64,000 bases of DNA from Patescibacteria group bacterium (GTDB taxonomy: Bacteria > Patescibacteriota > Minisyncoccia > Phycocordibacterales > UBA918): NCBI GenBank assembly GCA_040386275.1, contig JAZKFU010000008.1, forward strand, positions 108,591 through 172,590, read 5' to 3'. The translations under genes were made by a program, and so were the position numbers. The notes beneath the pieces were generated by a model. The model had not been told where the DNA came from and did not search any database. It saw only the letters and a list, made by a program, of their open reading frames with translations. Of the stretch, positions 1 to 10,083 are shown piece by piece. Position 1 is the first letter of the stretch, and each line of letters starts with the position of its first letter.

Positions 1-1671
1 ATTTCTTTTTGTGCACTCCTGCTCTTTGGTATGCAGGCTAGTCTGGTGCAGGCTGAAATTATTTCTACTTTTGACGCGAGTTATACGGTAAACCCAAATG
101 GGGAAGTAACGGTGCAAGAAACCATCGTCTATGATTTTCAAGGTGAGGAACGTCACGGTATTTTTCGAACGATTATAAACACACATCCGCAACCAGCGAG
201 TGTCTGGTACAAAAAAAGATACATCGATATTGACGTTCAGTCAGTTACTCGTGATGGGCAAGACGAGCCCTATGAACTTACCAATGATTTTGGTAGTACT
301 GAAATTAAAATTGGTAACGCAAATGAAACGATAAGCGGCGTTGCTACCTACGTGCTTTCATATGTTCTGTATGGAGCGTTGTCCTATGGTTCAAGTGGTG
401 CCGAATTTTACTACAATGTTACCGGTAATGATTGGGAAGTCCCTATATCGCTCGCAAGTGCTTCGGTTAACTCAAACAATTTTGGTACAAAGTACGCCTG
501 TTACCAAGGGGCGTACGGTAATACAACTTCGTGCACCAATGCCATTAAAAATGATTCACGAATTACGTTTACCGCTAATGCACTAGAGCCAGGAGAAGGG
601 TTAACGATAGCAACCGAACTTGATGCTGCTGCAATTACAGTGGTTGCAAATGAACAGGTGACGTGGATACTGTTTGGTGCAATCATGGCAGTCCTGTGGT
701 GTGTCGGAATGATAATTGCCCTGTATCGCTTTAGGCGTAGTGCGTACACTCCGAAACCTGTAATTGCACAGTACGAACCATATAAAGATTTTCTACCTAT
801 GCATACAGGGTATTTAGCGGACAATCAGCTTAACCCCCAAGATATTACTGCTGGAGTTTTATATTTGGCACAGCAAGGGTTTATTAAAATTACGCATATT
901 TCAAAATCAGTATTGTATGTTTTTAAAGATACTGATTATGAAATTATGTTGCGCCGACCAATTAGTGAAATACCAACAAAATTTTTAACGTCTGTAAGTG
1001 AATTATTTTTTAAAGCCGATGCACCGGTTGGTACGATTGTGTCGCTCGATAGTTTAAAAAAAGAAGCCCCAAAAAATGCTGAAAAGATTTTACATTTGCA
1101 TCGTGATATTGAAGCTGATCTTATAGAGAAGGGCTTTTATACTAAATCTGCTAACAATATTAAAAAAGTAACCCTTACTATGTTTATACTCATGATAGTG
1201 CTCTTTGGCGGACTATTGTTTGTACCAAATGGAGTCTTTGTTGTTATGTTTGTCGTACTTTTCACTATAATCTGCGGCGCTATTGTTCTGTTTGTATCGC
1301 GACGTACCACTACGGGATTTGAAGCCAAGAATCATCTTGATGGCTTCAAATTATTTTTATCAGTTACCGATAAACAACGATTTGATTTTCATAACGCTCC
1401 CGAAAAAAGCCCCGAGTTATTTATGCAATACCTCCCGTATGCCGTTGCGTTAGGGGTGGAAGAGAAGTGGGCTAAAGTGTTCGAAGGTATCACAATCCCG
1501 CAACCAGAATGGTTTACCGGAAGCTCCATGAATGCATTTTCAGCCTCAGCGTTCACCAGTGAATTTAATAATTTCTCCACAGCGTTTAGCGCCAGTTCTG
1601 GCGTGAGTGGGAGTAGTGGTGGGGGGAGTAGTGGAGGGGGCGGTGGAGGTGGCGGAGGCGGCAGCTGGTAA
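1..1671 (+). CDS. DUF2207-family membrane protein, probably 5' partial (ORF track start at 31 is preceded in frame by hydrophobic ISFCALLLFG to the window edge)
   Basis: Signal-peptide-like N-terminus, N-terminal domain, central TM helices, then a cytoplasmic domain ending in a Gly/Ser-rich tail GGGSSGGGGGGGGGGSW, typical of DUF2207. Confidence 0.5.
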   Translation: MSFCALLLFGMQASLVQAEIISTFDASYTVNPNGEVTVQETIVYDFQGEERHGIFRTIINTHPQPASVWYKKRYIDIDVQSVTRDGQDEPYELTNDFGSTEIKIGNANETISGVATYVLSYVLYGALSYGSSGAEFYYNVTGNDWEVPISLASASVNSNNFGTKYACYQGAYGNTTSCTNAIKNDSRITFTANALEPGEGLTIATELDAAAITVVANEQVTWILFGAIMAVLWCVGMIIALYRFRRSAYTPKPVIAQYEPYKDFLPMHTGYLADNQLNPQDITAGVLYLAQQGFIKITHISKSVLYVFKDTDYEIMLRRPISEIPTKFLTSVSELFFKADAPVGTIVSLDSLKKEAPKNAEKILHLHRDIEADLIEKGFYTKSANNIKKVTLTMFILMIVLFGGLLFVPNGVFVVMFVVLFTIICGAIVLFVSRRTTTGFEAKNHLDGFKLFLSVTDKQRFDFHNAPEKSPELFMQYLPYAVALGVEEKWAKVFEGITIPQPEWFTGSSMNAFSASAFTSEFNNFSTAFSASSGVSGSSGGGSSGGGGGGGGGGSW

Positions 1672-1858
1672 AACTTCCAAAAATGGCTAATTTCTGCGTT
1701 GCCCTGCGGTAAAATATCACTCACCGTATAGACATACGGCTCGTAATATTTTCCTTGCGCGCCTTGAACTTAACTCATTTTTGAAAGTTTTACGAGTAGT
1801 CGGGCTTGATTAATTTAAATTCACTTTTTTACTCCTCTAATGGTTTATAATTATTGAT

Positions 1859-2797
1859 ATGCGGGGATTTGCTAATTTAGGTGGTAATGGGTTTGATAGA
1901 CGACCGCTTGAGCGTCGTCGACAAGTTTTAACTGAAGGTATAACACCTGAAGCAGCTGTTGATGATTCTATGTTTCGGGACGAAACTGGTGAGATAAATA
2001 AAGAATTGCTCGCTGCTGAATCCTATGCCTTTTCTGGATTAATAATTGAAAAAATGTGGGATGATTTAAAAGGTCGCGAAACGACATATTCCAATAATGA
2101 TTCAGTACGTATTCCCCTTACCGAAACTTTCTGGAAAGATTTTGCAGACACATATATCACGTTAGCTCAGACAACAAAAGAAACTTTGTTAGAAGAGGCA
2201 AAAATAATATTTGCTAAACCTAAAGAAGAATGGACGACTGACGAAACATTGGTGGCACGGTATTTTATGGTCCAGTTTGCAAATAAAGACATCACTAATC
2301 TTGGTGCGCCAAGTTTTATAGATTTAATTTCTATTTACACACGCCTGGCTAAAGTTGCTGAAGAGAAATTTTTTGAAACTATTAAACGTGAGCCGTCACG
2401 TGATGAATATATACACGTATTATCTGATAGTTCCTTTCAAAAAATGATGGAACAATTAATGATGAATAATAGACAAACGGGCGTTTCGTTATTCGCTGCC
2501 CTTGAGGGTACCGCTACACCTGACACTGACGATACGTCGCGAAGTTTTAAAACAAATATTTTTGAAATTTACCAGTCAGATACTGGACCATGCCTCCGAC
2601 CAAAGGAGCAATTTATGGATCGATATCGTCATGTAATGAAAGATCACTTAGCACGCCTAAAAGAAAGTAATATAGACATTCAACCTGTATTACGTTGCCC
2701 AGTTATTTATACGGGAAAATTAAAAGAAATGTGCGGCTGGCTTCTCCATGAATTTACCTTTCACTATGTGAATCAAAAATATCCAAAAAAATTGTAG
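1859..2797 (+). CDS. hypothetical protein
   Basis: 312 aa ORF with no motif recognised; plausible coding composition. Confidence 0.4.
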   Translation: MRGFANLGGNGFDRRPLERRRQVLTEGITPEAAVDDSMFRDETGEINKELLAAESYAFSGLIIEKMWDDLKGRETTYSNNDSVRIPLTETFWKDFADTYITLAQTTKETLLEEAKIIFAKPKEEWTTDETLVARYFMVQFANKDITNLGAPSFIDLISIYTRLAKVAEEKFFETIKREPSRDEYIHVLSDSSFQKMMEQLMMNNRQTGVSLFAALEGTATPDTDDTSRSFKTNIFEIYQSDTGPCLRPKEQFMDRYRHVMKDHLARLKESNIDIQPVLRCPVIYTGKLKEMCGWLLHEFTFHYVNQKYPKKL

Positions 2798-2847
2798 GTC
2801 GAGTATACACTGTTGCGCCTTAGAATTTTATTGTATAATGCAAATCT

Positions 2848-3750
2848 ATGGCACAAACAATTTATACGCAGCAGGGGAGTAATATTCGCAAGACGTGGCT
2901 ACTTATGACCAGTTTTTTGGTGATGGTTATTGCTATTTCTTATGCCGTTGCTTTTTACCTTGGAAACCCAGCAATACTTTATATTGGAGTAGCGTTTGCT
3001 TTGATTATGAATGTGGGGAGTTATTGGTTTTCAGACAAGCTAGTATTGCGTATGACCAATGCCAAACCAGTCTTGAAGCAAGACGCTCCTGAGCTCTATA
3101 ATATTGTCGAAAACCTCGCAATTACCGCCGGATTGCCGATGCCTAAGGTGTATATCGTTAATGATCCGGCACCAAACGCTTTTGCGACCGGTCGTAACCC
3201 TGAACATGCGGTAGTGGCGGTAACTACGGGATTACTGTCTATTCTTGATAGAAACGAGCTTGAAGGAGTGGTAGCACACGAAATGGCACACATTGGTAAT
3301 CGCGATATGTTGGTGATGACGGTGGCTGTGGTACTAGCTGGGTTTGTAGCTATCATTGCCGACTTCTTTTCACGTGCGCTTATGTTTGGTGGTGGCGATA
3401 GAGATAATAAAGCGGGTGTATTATTTTTAATCTTAGGTATTGTAGGAATCATCTTAGCTCCGATTGCAGCTCAGTTAATGCAAATGGCTATCTCACGTCG
3501 TCGTGAGTACCTGGCTGACGCTACCGGAGCGTTACTAACCCGATACCCAGAAGGATTGGCTTCAGCCTTGGAGAAAATTTCTGGTTATGGTGGGCAAATG
3601 AAATCAGCGAGCCATGCGACTGCTCACTTATTTATTTCTGATCCGTACGGAAAACAGCAACGTTCAATTGGACAAAAACTTGGTGCATTATTCCAAACTC
3701 ATCCGCCGGCAGCAGAAAGAATTAGATTGCTCAGAGGGATGGATCTTTAA
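2848..3750 (+). CDS. htpX: zinc metalloprotease HtpX homolog (M48 family)
   Basis: HEMAHIGNRD (HExxH) motif, 4 TM segments, typical HtpX length and C-terminus. Confidence 0.85.
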   Translation: MAQTIYTQQGSNIRKTWLLMTSFLVMVIAISYAVAFYLGNPAILYIGVAFALIMNVGSYWFSDKLVLRMTNAKPVLKQDAPELYNIVENLAITAGLPMPKVYIVNDPAPNAFATGRNPEHAVVAVTTGLLSILDRNELEGVVAHEMAHIGNRDMLVMTVAVVLAGFVAIIADFFSRALMFGGGDRDNKAGVLFLILGIVGIILAPIAAQLMQMAISRRREYLADATGALLTRYPEGLASALEKISGYGGQMKSASHATAHLFISDPYGKQQRSIGQKLGALFQTHPPAAERIRLLRGMDL

Positions 3751-3765
3751 AAATAATACACTTAT

Positions 3766-4452
3766 ATGCCCAACCTACGTTCTTTGTTGATGATACTCCT
3801 CGTTACTGTCATTGGTGCGGGGGCTACGTTGTATTTAAAAAATGAAATCCATGCGCTCCATACTATTAATGGTGAGACTATGGTGACTATTCCCAGTATG
3901 AGTACTCCGATTGCTACAACGTCGCCTGATACGGAAACACCAACAGTACCAACCCCAGCACAAGAAATACCCGAAGCTATTACTGGAACATTAAGCGCGG
4001 TAGACACGGGGTGCTTTAGTGATGGTGTGTGTTTCGCTACGGTTGCGGGCCAAAAAGTAATTTTGCTTATTGGTCGTTACCAAGGACCGGTTGGCCGTAT
4101 CATTGGCGCCGAGAGTATTGGTGATTTAGAAACCCATATTGGAAAGACAGTGACTGTCTATGCCGGGAAAGATACGGATGGCAATTTTACGCTCTTAGGA
4201 AACGAAGCGTTTTACCTAAAGGTAGCAAGTGAAACCACGACCACTACCGGAGCGTGTAAGGTAGGAGGCTGTAGTGCGCAGTTGTGTGGAGAAGCGAGTG
4301 ACATGGACGGTATGGTTACCACGTGTGAATTTAGAGCCGAGTACGCGTGTTATAGAACTGCCACCTGTGAACGGCAAACTACCGGAAAATGTGGATGGAC
4401 CCAAACGACTGAGCTTGCGCAATGTCTAAAGAATCCACCAACCCAACTGTAG
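3766..4452 (+). CDS. hypothetical membrane-anchored protein with Cys-rich C-terminal domain
   Basis: N-terminal TM helix, Thr/Pro-rich linker, C-terminal region with multiple Cys (CKVGGCSAQLCGEASD...). Confidence 0.4.
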   Translation: MPNLRSLLMILLVTVIGAGATLYLKNEIHALHTINGETMVTIPSMSTPIATTSPDTETPTVPTPAQEIPEAITGTLSAVDTGCFSDGVCFATVAGQKVILLIGRYQGPVGRIIGAESIGDLETHIGKTVTVYAGKDTDGNFTLLGNEAFYLKVASETTTTTGACKVGGCSAQLCGEASDMDGMVTTCEFRAEYACYRTATCERQTTGKCGWTQTTELAQCLKNPPTQL

Positions 4453-4459
4453 AGAGTGT

Positions 4460-5707
4460 ATGAGTAATCCAACTTCCAGCCCTGCCAAAGATCAGTGTTT
4501 GTACTGTGGCAATAACCCCACGTCACATTCCATGTCCAAAATGGATTCATGGTTATTTTTGACGCTTGACCCCTTAGGACAATGGTTTTTAAAAACCTGG
4601 CTGGGTGCGATAATTTTGTGGGGGATAGATAAACTCTTTTTAGGTTTTTTGGCCCTAGGCACTCGGTTTGGGTTTATGTACTTTGCGCCAGTGCCATCTG
4701 ATTTGGATTCTGATCGGGGTAAGGTCTTAATTGATGAAGCTAATGCTCGAGGGTACAAAACAGAAGTGTTGTATATGTTTGGTAAAATTCACGATTCGTA
4801 CCGCGTAACATTTCCTACCGGGCAAGCACTTATTTTCGAAGGGGTACCCCGACTGTCGCGAGTAAACGCGATGACCTCATCATGGCTTGATGATAAAGCC
4901 CAGATGAAACGATGTTTACAAAAACATTCAGTCCCGGTTCCTAATGGAGCTGCTGTGACTACCTGGAGTCAGGCTAAAAAATTATTTTCCACTTTAGAAA
5001 AACCGGTCATCATTAAACCAAGATTTGGTTCGCGTGGAAGACACACCACTACTAATATTTCTACACTGGAAGACTTTAGAATGGCCTTTACACGTGCCAA
5101 ACAGCTCTGTGTGCAAGTTATCATCGAAGAGCACTACGTAGGGAGTGTGTACCGCGCCACCTGTGTCGAGGGGAAGTTGACAGGCGTGCTGGGGGGAGAT
5201 CCGCCCCGAATTACCGGTGATGGTGTTTCGACTATCGCTACTTTAATTGAACGAAAAAATGCTACAAAACCTGACCGCGTTGGTTTAGTTCGACTGACTG
5301 ATAAACATCATGAGTTTTTACGACTTCAAGGGTACACGCTAGATTCTGTATTAGAGAACGGAATCACAATCGACTTAATCGAAAAAATTGGCTTAAGCTA
5401 TGGGGGATCAAGTGCCGAAGTGACCGATGTAACGCATCCAGCATTAGTGCTTGAACTAGAGCGAGCCGCGGTGGCGGTTGGTGATCCTTTGGTTGGTTTT
5501 GATTTTATTACTACAAGCGTTGAAGCTGATCCCGCTACCGTGAGGTGGGGCATTATTGAATGTAACTCTGTACCGTTTATTAACCTCCATCATGATCCAC
5601 TGTTAGGGACTCCGGTAAATGTGGCGGGAAAAGTATGGGATTGGGTGGAACGCGAGTATGTCCGCAAGGGTATGCCAAAAGAAGTCATTTTAGAGACTCC
5701 TGTCTAG
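4460..5707 (+). CDS. ATP-grasp domain protein resembling the N-terminal domain of cyanophycin synthetase (CphA-like), with N-terminal TM segments
   Basis: KPRFGSRGRHTTTNI, LRLQGYTLDSVLENG and LSYGGSSAEVTDVTHP resemble CphA ATP-grasp motifs; no Mur-ligase domain follows. Confidence 0.5.
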   Translation: MSNPTSSPAKDQCLYCGNNPTSHSMSKMDSWLFLTLDPLGQWFLKTWLGAIILWGIDKLFLGFLALGTRFGFMYFAPVPSDLDSDRGKVLIDEANARGYKTEVLYMFGKIHDSYRVTFPTGQALIFEGVPRLSRVNAMTSSWLDDKAQMKRCLQKHSVPVPNGAAVTTWSQAKKLFSTLEKPVIIKPRFGSRGRHTTTNISTLEDFRMAFTRAKQLCVQVIIEEHYVGSVYRATCVEGKLTGVLGGDPPRITGDGVSTIATLIERKNATKPDRVGLVRLTDKHHEFLRLQGYTLDSVLENGITIDLIEKIGLSYGGSSAEVTDVTHPALVLELERAAVAVGDPLVGFDFITTSVEADPATVRWGIIECNSVPFINLHHDPLLGTPVNVAGKVWDWVEREYVRKGMPKEVILETPV

Positions 5708-5743
5708 TTCGGTTATAGCTATTAATTTTGCTATACTATACCT

Positions 5744-6400
5744 ATGAAAACAATATTGATTGGCGTACTCTTTCTCATTTTTATCGGGGGTTATTTTTAC
5801 ATAAACAATACTGTTACTCAACAACCGGAAGAGGTAACTGAAGTCATGCCGGGAGATACTACCGTTTTGCCTGAAACCGCACCAACTCAATCAGCGCCAG
5901 CTCAGATTGCGCAGTTTGTAAACGATGATCATGACTTTGGTTTCAAATATCGCATCAAGCCGTATGGATATTCAGTGTTTGAGAATAACACCGAACAAAA
6001 TACCGAACAGGGGACTTTGTTTGGCGTGACGTTAGTTCGTTCTGATGACTACAATGAATCAGTAAAGGCAGCCGCTGAAGGGAATGCCTACGACGGACCG
6101 CCATCAATCAATGTCTCCGTGTATGCAGCCCCGTTGGACACCAATCTACCAAGTTGGCTCGTAACTAACAGTGTACGCACCAATTGTCAGGTCGGGAGTG
6201 TGGCTCCGATGATGGTGGTTGGTGAAGCTGGTGTTGGGTGTGTCTGGGATGGATTATACGCCGGCGAAACCCGGGCCATTCAACGTGAAGATAAAATTTA
6301 TGTGTTAATGGGTACGCGAGAAAATATGGAAACCCCCGATGGCTATTCCTATTCTAAAGACTTTATGGATGCAATTGAAAGCTTTACGTTTACAGAGTAG
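5744..6400 (+). CDS. hypothetical secreted protein
   Basis: N-terminal signal/TM helix; 218 aa ORF. Confidence 0.4.
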   Translation: MKTILIGVLFLIFIGGYFYINNTVTQQPEEVTEVMPGDTTVLPETAPTQSAPAQIAQFVNDDHDFGFKYRIKPYGYSVFENNTEQNTEQGTLFGVTLVRSDDYNESVKAAAEGNAYDGPPSINVSVYAAPLDTNLPSWLVTNSVRTNCQVGSVAPMMVVGEAGVGCVWDGLYAGETRAIQREDKIYVLMGTRENMETPDGYSYSKDFMDAIESFTFTE

Positions 6401-6413
6401 TTTACTTAGATCA

Positions 6414-7079
6414 CTATCCACGAATGAGTCTTAGGCTGGTACTAATAACCCAAATCAGCCACATAGCGCCACCTAACACACCTACGAATATAAATGGCGA
6501 CCCATCAGCGATGGTGAGATTTCCTAATCCGGCCACAATGCAAAGGCTACCGCCTGTAATGCCTAGTAACCTTTGCCATGGTCGAGTGAGTTCGCTCGCG
6601 TGGGTAGCGAGTGCTAGTCCAATAAGAGTTGCTCCGAGAGCCGGTAAAGAAAGTGCAAAAGCTGCGGCATGGAACTGCCACATGAGTTCAAAAGCGGAGT
6701 TTGATTCGGTGAGACTTTTGGCCGCGACCGTGACCGCAATATGAGTTGCTATAGTGAAAGCAAATAACGAAGAGAGGGTAGCGCCACTGGCAACTGCAAA
6801 CCGAGACCAGTTCGCCCCAGCGCTGCCTTGGCGTTGTACTAGTCCGTGTAGTGAGGTAATGAATAATAAGAGGAGTACCATATTAAGCGCTTCAAGACCG
6901 GAAGTAATTGCCAAGGCACTTTGGTTCTCGGCGTGGTACGTTAGCACTCTAGCAAGGGGAGCACTATAGTCAGGCGCTGCCGTAATGGCAAATATCGTGT
7001 TCTGAGTAATCATTGACGTAGCGTAGGCGAGCGCCACAAAACCTACAAACCGTGTCTCTTGTATGGTAGATGTATTCAT
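6414..7079 (-). CDS. hypothetical integral membrane protein
   Basis: 221 aa, multiple hydrophobic helices. Confidence 0.4.
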   Translation of the reverse strand: MNTSTIQETRFVGFVALAYATSMITQNTIFAITAAPDYSAPLARVLTYHAENQSALAITSGLEALNMVLLLLFITSLHGLVQRQGSAGANWSRFAVASGATLSSLFAFTIATHIAVTVAAKSLTESNSAFELMWQFHAAAFALSLPALGATLIGLALATHASELTRPWQRLLGITGGSLCIVAGLGNLTIADGSPFIFVGVLGGAMWLIWVISTSLRLIRG

Positions 7080-7085
7080 ATGTAT

Positions 7086-7505
7086 TTATTGAGTGAGAGA
7101 TTCAACCCGAGGCCATTTCCAGGCATATATAATTATTGTTATGAGGAGAATAATTTCTAGAGCGCTGCCTAAAAGAAAATACCACCAAGTCTCTTCAGCC
7201 ATTGCCCCTAATATGGTGAGTATATATATGAGAGCAAAAATTATATTTGTTATCTTAGCAATGTGCGCTTTAAGTACTATAGTGAGAAATACCATCAAGC
7301 TTGGAATTACGACGTACATTGTCGTGAGAAGAAAAAATACTTGGTTAGCTTCAAAAATAAACACTTTTCCCGCTAAGGCATCTTCTAAAACATCAGCTCG
7401 AAAAAATCCAAATATGTCGACATAAGCAAAAATAAACAACATCGACGTCCACAAAAATGCAATAACTATTCGGGTATTAATCTTTAACTCTTGTAAATTA
7501 TTCAT
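7086..7505 (-). CDS. hypothetical small integral membrane protein
   Basis: 139 aa with 4 predicted TM helices. Confidence 0.4.
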   Translation of the reverse strand: MNNLQELKINTRIVIAFLWTSMLFIFAYVDIFGFFRADVLEDALAGKVFIFEANQVFFLLTTMYVVIPSLMVFLTIVLKAHIAKITNIIFALIYILTILGAMAEETWWYFLLGSALEIILLITIIIYAWKWPRVESLTQ

Positions 7506-7670
7506 ATATATCTAATATATCACGCATAGTTATTATGAATGTTTAATTATTTGGTGGAGGGGGGGATTCGGTCATTACATGACCAGTACCCGTTGTCGCT
7601 AGAATATTTCGCAAGCTCATAATCTAGCTGGCAACAGCTTCGAATCACCCTCTCTCGCGCAAAATACAAC

Positions 7671-7713
7671 AAAACCGAAACAAAGCTTAGGCTTTGTTTC
7701 GGTTTTGGTATTT
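7671..7713. terminator. bidirectional Rho-independent terminator downstream of tRNA-Ser
   Basis: Perfect 12 bp hairpin CCGAAACAAAGC-TTAG-GCTTTGTTTCGG flanked by A-run and T-run. Confidence 0.6.
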
Positions 7714-7714
7714 G

Positions 7715-7801
7715 CGGAGAGAGGGGGATTCGAACCCCCGATCGGGTTGCCCCGATGCTACCTTTCCAAGGTAGTACAATCAACCGCTCTGCCACCTCTC
7801 C
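7715..7801 (-). tRNA. tRNA-Ser (anticodon GGA)
   Basis: Reverse complement GGAGAGGTGGCAGAGCGGTTGAT...CTACCTTGGAAAGGTAG...GGGGGTTCGAATCCCCCTCTCTCCG folds as a cloverleaf with a 7 bp acceptor stem, anticodon loop UUGGAAA, long variable arm and GTTCGAATC T-loop; no encoded CCA. Confidence 0.85.
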
Positions 7802-7831
7802 AGTTGGTTTAGCGTTGGTATCATACCCTAA

Positions 7832-8416
7832 ATGTACAGTGGATTAAAGGGATGGTATGCTAATTGGTATATGAGTGGACATCACGCGGTTAATCGCGAT
7901 ATGACGAGGCAGGATTTTTTAATAATGATTGTTACCTTTGTGGTGGCAGTGTGTGCGGGGTTTTATTTATACATGACGGCTTTTGCGCCGCAGTTTGAAG
8001 AATTGACGGGACAGACCGAAGAAGTGTATGAAGATTTTGTGATTGAGGGGAGTCAATATGGTGGAGATCGTATGGGCGGAACAGCACCATCATTTCAGGT
8101 ACTTGAAAATGGTTCATTTCGATATCTGCCATACACAAATGAAGGGGAAACAGCTGATGTGAAAGAAGGGGTGGTCCCAAGAACCCTGTTAAACGATGTT
8201 AAAAAGATAATGACCGAAGAAAATCTCGGAATTGCGTCTACGATTGTGACGCGTGGTGATTGTATGTCATATGTAGATGGTCGAGATTACGCGTATACCG
8301 TGACGGTAGAGGGAGTGAGTTACACCCTTGATACCTGTACTACTAACCTTAAATCAGACGGGGCTATGGCGCTAGCTCTAGACAAACTCTGGAATTACTT
8401 TGCAACGTTAGAGTAA
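7832..8416 (+). CDS. hypothetical membrane-anchored protein
   Basis: 194 aa with N-terminal TM helix. Confidence 0.4.
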   Translation: MYSGLKGWYANWYMSGHHAVNRDMTRQDFLIMIVTFVVAVCAGFYLYMTAFAPQFEELTGQTEEVYEDFVIEGSQYGGDRMGGTAPSFQVLENGSFRYLPYTNEGETADVKEGVVPRTLLNDVKKIMTEENLGIASTIVTRGDCMSYVDGRDYAYTVTVEGVSYTLDTCTTNLKSDGAMALALDKLWNYFATLE

Positions 8417-8548
8417 ACGAAATAACTTGAAAGTAGGAGCGTAGTAATAAGAACAAAGAATGTACATTCTTTGTTCTTATTTTTTTAATCCTGGAAAACT
8501 TATGAATTATTCACCAAATACCATTGTTTGCCTAACTTGAAATTAATT

Positions 8549-9232
8549 ATGAATTCCAAATCATTGCTTATTGCCATTGCTGCGCTGGCATTGACCGCTA
8601 CGGGAGCACAAGCGTTTAGCAGTAATGCACTTATAACCGCTGGACTCAGTGAAGAACAGCAAGCCGCGTTTGTCATCGCTCGTGAATTACGAGAGGAAGG
8701 TGACGTAACTGGTGCGCGTGATGTATTGGTCGAAGCCGGAATAGATGAAGCAGCCATTGAGAAAGTACGCTCCGCCATGCATGATGAACGCAAAGCGGAA
8801 CACGAGGCTATTCTCGCTGCCGTAGCTGCAAATGATTTTACTGCCTTTACCCTTGCCATAAAAGATTCGCCTTTAGCAGACCTGATTACTACCGAAGAGG
8901 ATTTTGCCGCTTTTATTGAAGCACACAACCTCCTTGATTCAGGGGATAAGGCTGGAGCCAAAGTCATCTTTACAGAACTTGGCTTGCCAGAATCACATCA
9001 CGGCAAGCATGCAGGTGGGCGGGGGATGATGTCAGAGGGACAACACAAACATAGACACGGTGAAGCACCCTTACGGGAAGAGCTTACCGAAGCACAAATT
9101 CAAGCTTTTAATGTCGCACGCCAAGCCAATGATAGGGACGCCATGGAGGCTATAATGGAGGAAGCTGGAATCGTTAAGCCATCCAAGGGTGAAGTACCTA
9201 AGTTCTTGAAGGACGGACGAGAACTTCAATAA
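8549..9232 (+). CDS. hypothetical secreted protein with His-rich segment (ATG at 8549; ORF track lists a TTG at 8528)
   Basis: Signal peptide MNSKSLLIAIAALALTATGAQA; HHGKHAGG/HKHRHG His-rich stretch; terminator hairpin follows at about 9268-9305. Confidence 0.4.
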   Translation: MNSKSLLIAIAALALTATGAQAFSSNALITAGLSEEQQAAFVIARELREEGDVTGARDVLVEAGIDEAAIEKVRSAMHDERKAEHEAILAAVAANDFTAFTLAIKDSPLADLITTEEDFAAFIEAHNLLDSGDKAGAKVIFTELGLPESHHGKHAGGRGMMSEGQHKHRHGEAPLREELTEAQIQAFNVARQANDRDAMEAIMEEAGIVKPSKGEVPKFLKDGRELQ

Positions 9233-9327
9233 TGGACGATGCGAACTTTCGCACTCTGCCACATAGACACAAACACGCGCCCATAGCTTGGGCGCGTTTG
9301 TGTATACAATTTGCTACAATATACATC

Positions 9328-9987
9328 ATGCGTGTATATCATTGGGTCGCTCTCTTAGTTTGTGTTTTATTTGTTCCGTCTGTCTATGCTTTTGAAGCGA
9401 TAGAAGAAACGGTGCCGACTCAATACGAAGTCATTACCATTCAAAATCCTGAAATAGAACAATTACTCTTGGGGGAGCTCACTGACGCGCCCGAGATGTT
9501 TGAAATTGTTTCAGAAACTCCTTTTACACTCACTGCCGAAATTAGAGCGGTACCTAATACTTCAGGTACCAGCCTGCCACAACTCGGGGGAATTATTATC
9601 CGACAAAAAGAAATTCGAGGCGTTGAAGAAGTGGCTCGTCTAAATGCCACCGATGCTACCTGGGCGGTAATGACCGATCCAGATTCGGGACTGGTCTACC
9701 AGGCTGGGCCATATTTTAGTGAACCGGTAGAAGCGGGAACCTACCGCATTGAGGTGAGCAATCCTAATAATCAGGGTAAGTATTTGCTTGTGATTGGTAA
9801 TCAAAAAGATGCTAACGGATATTTTGCTTCATTGTCGGATATAAAACTTGTGTACCGTTTTTATGGGTTAAGTATGTTTCGGATGGTGAGTTCACCCTAT
9901 GTATATTATCCGTTAGGATTTGTACTGCTAGTAGGAATAATTTTTAGTATCTGGTACTGGAGACGTTCACAAAAACATCATGCTTAA
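9328..9987 (+). CDS. hypothetical exported protein with C-terminal TM anchor (start chosen at MRVYHW)
   Basis: Signal peptide VALLVCVLFVPSVYA and a C-terminal hydrophobic helix; the ORF track start at 9232 lies upstream of a terminator hairpin, so the internal ATG is preferred. Confidence 0.4.
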   Translation: MRVYHWVALLVCVLFVPSVYAFEAIEETVPTQYEVITIQNPEIEQLLLGELTDAPEMFEIVSETPFTLTAEIRAVPNTSGTSLPQLGGIIIRQKEIRGVEEVARLNATDATWAVMTDPDSGLVYQAGPYFSEPVEAGTYRIEVSNPNNQGKYLLVIGNQKDANGYFASLSDIKLVYRFYGLSMFRMVSSPYVYYPLGFVLLVGIIFSIWYWRRSQKHHA

Positions 9988-10083
9988 ACTCATTGTCATA
10001 ATTATCGCTGCGGTCGGATTTATTTGGTATTTTTTTCCGCAATTTGCCGATCAGTCTTTAGAGTCCTATTTAGAAGAAAACGT

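Noticed and set aside
7547-7795. Track ORF (82 aa, minus) overlapping tRNA-Ser and the terminator
   Set aside because: Entirely covered by a well-folding tRNA and a hairpin terminator; translation is low-complexity; spurious
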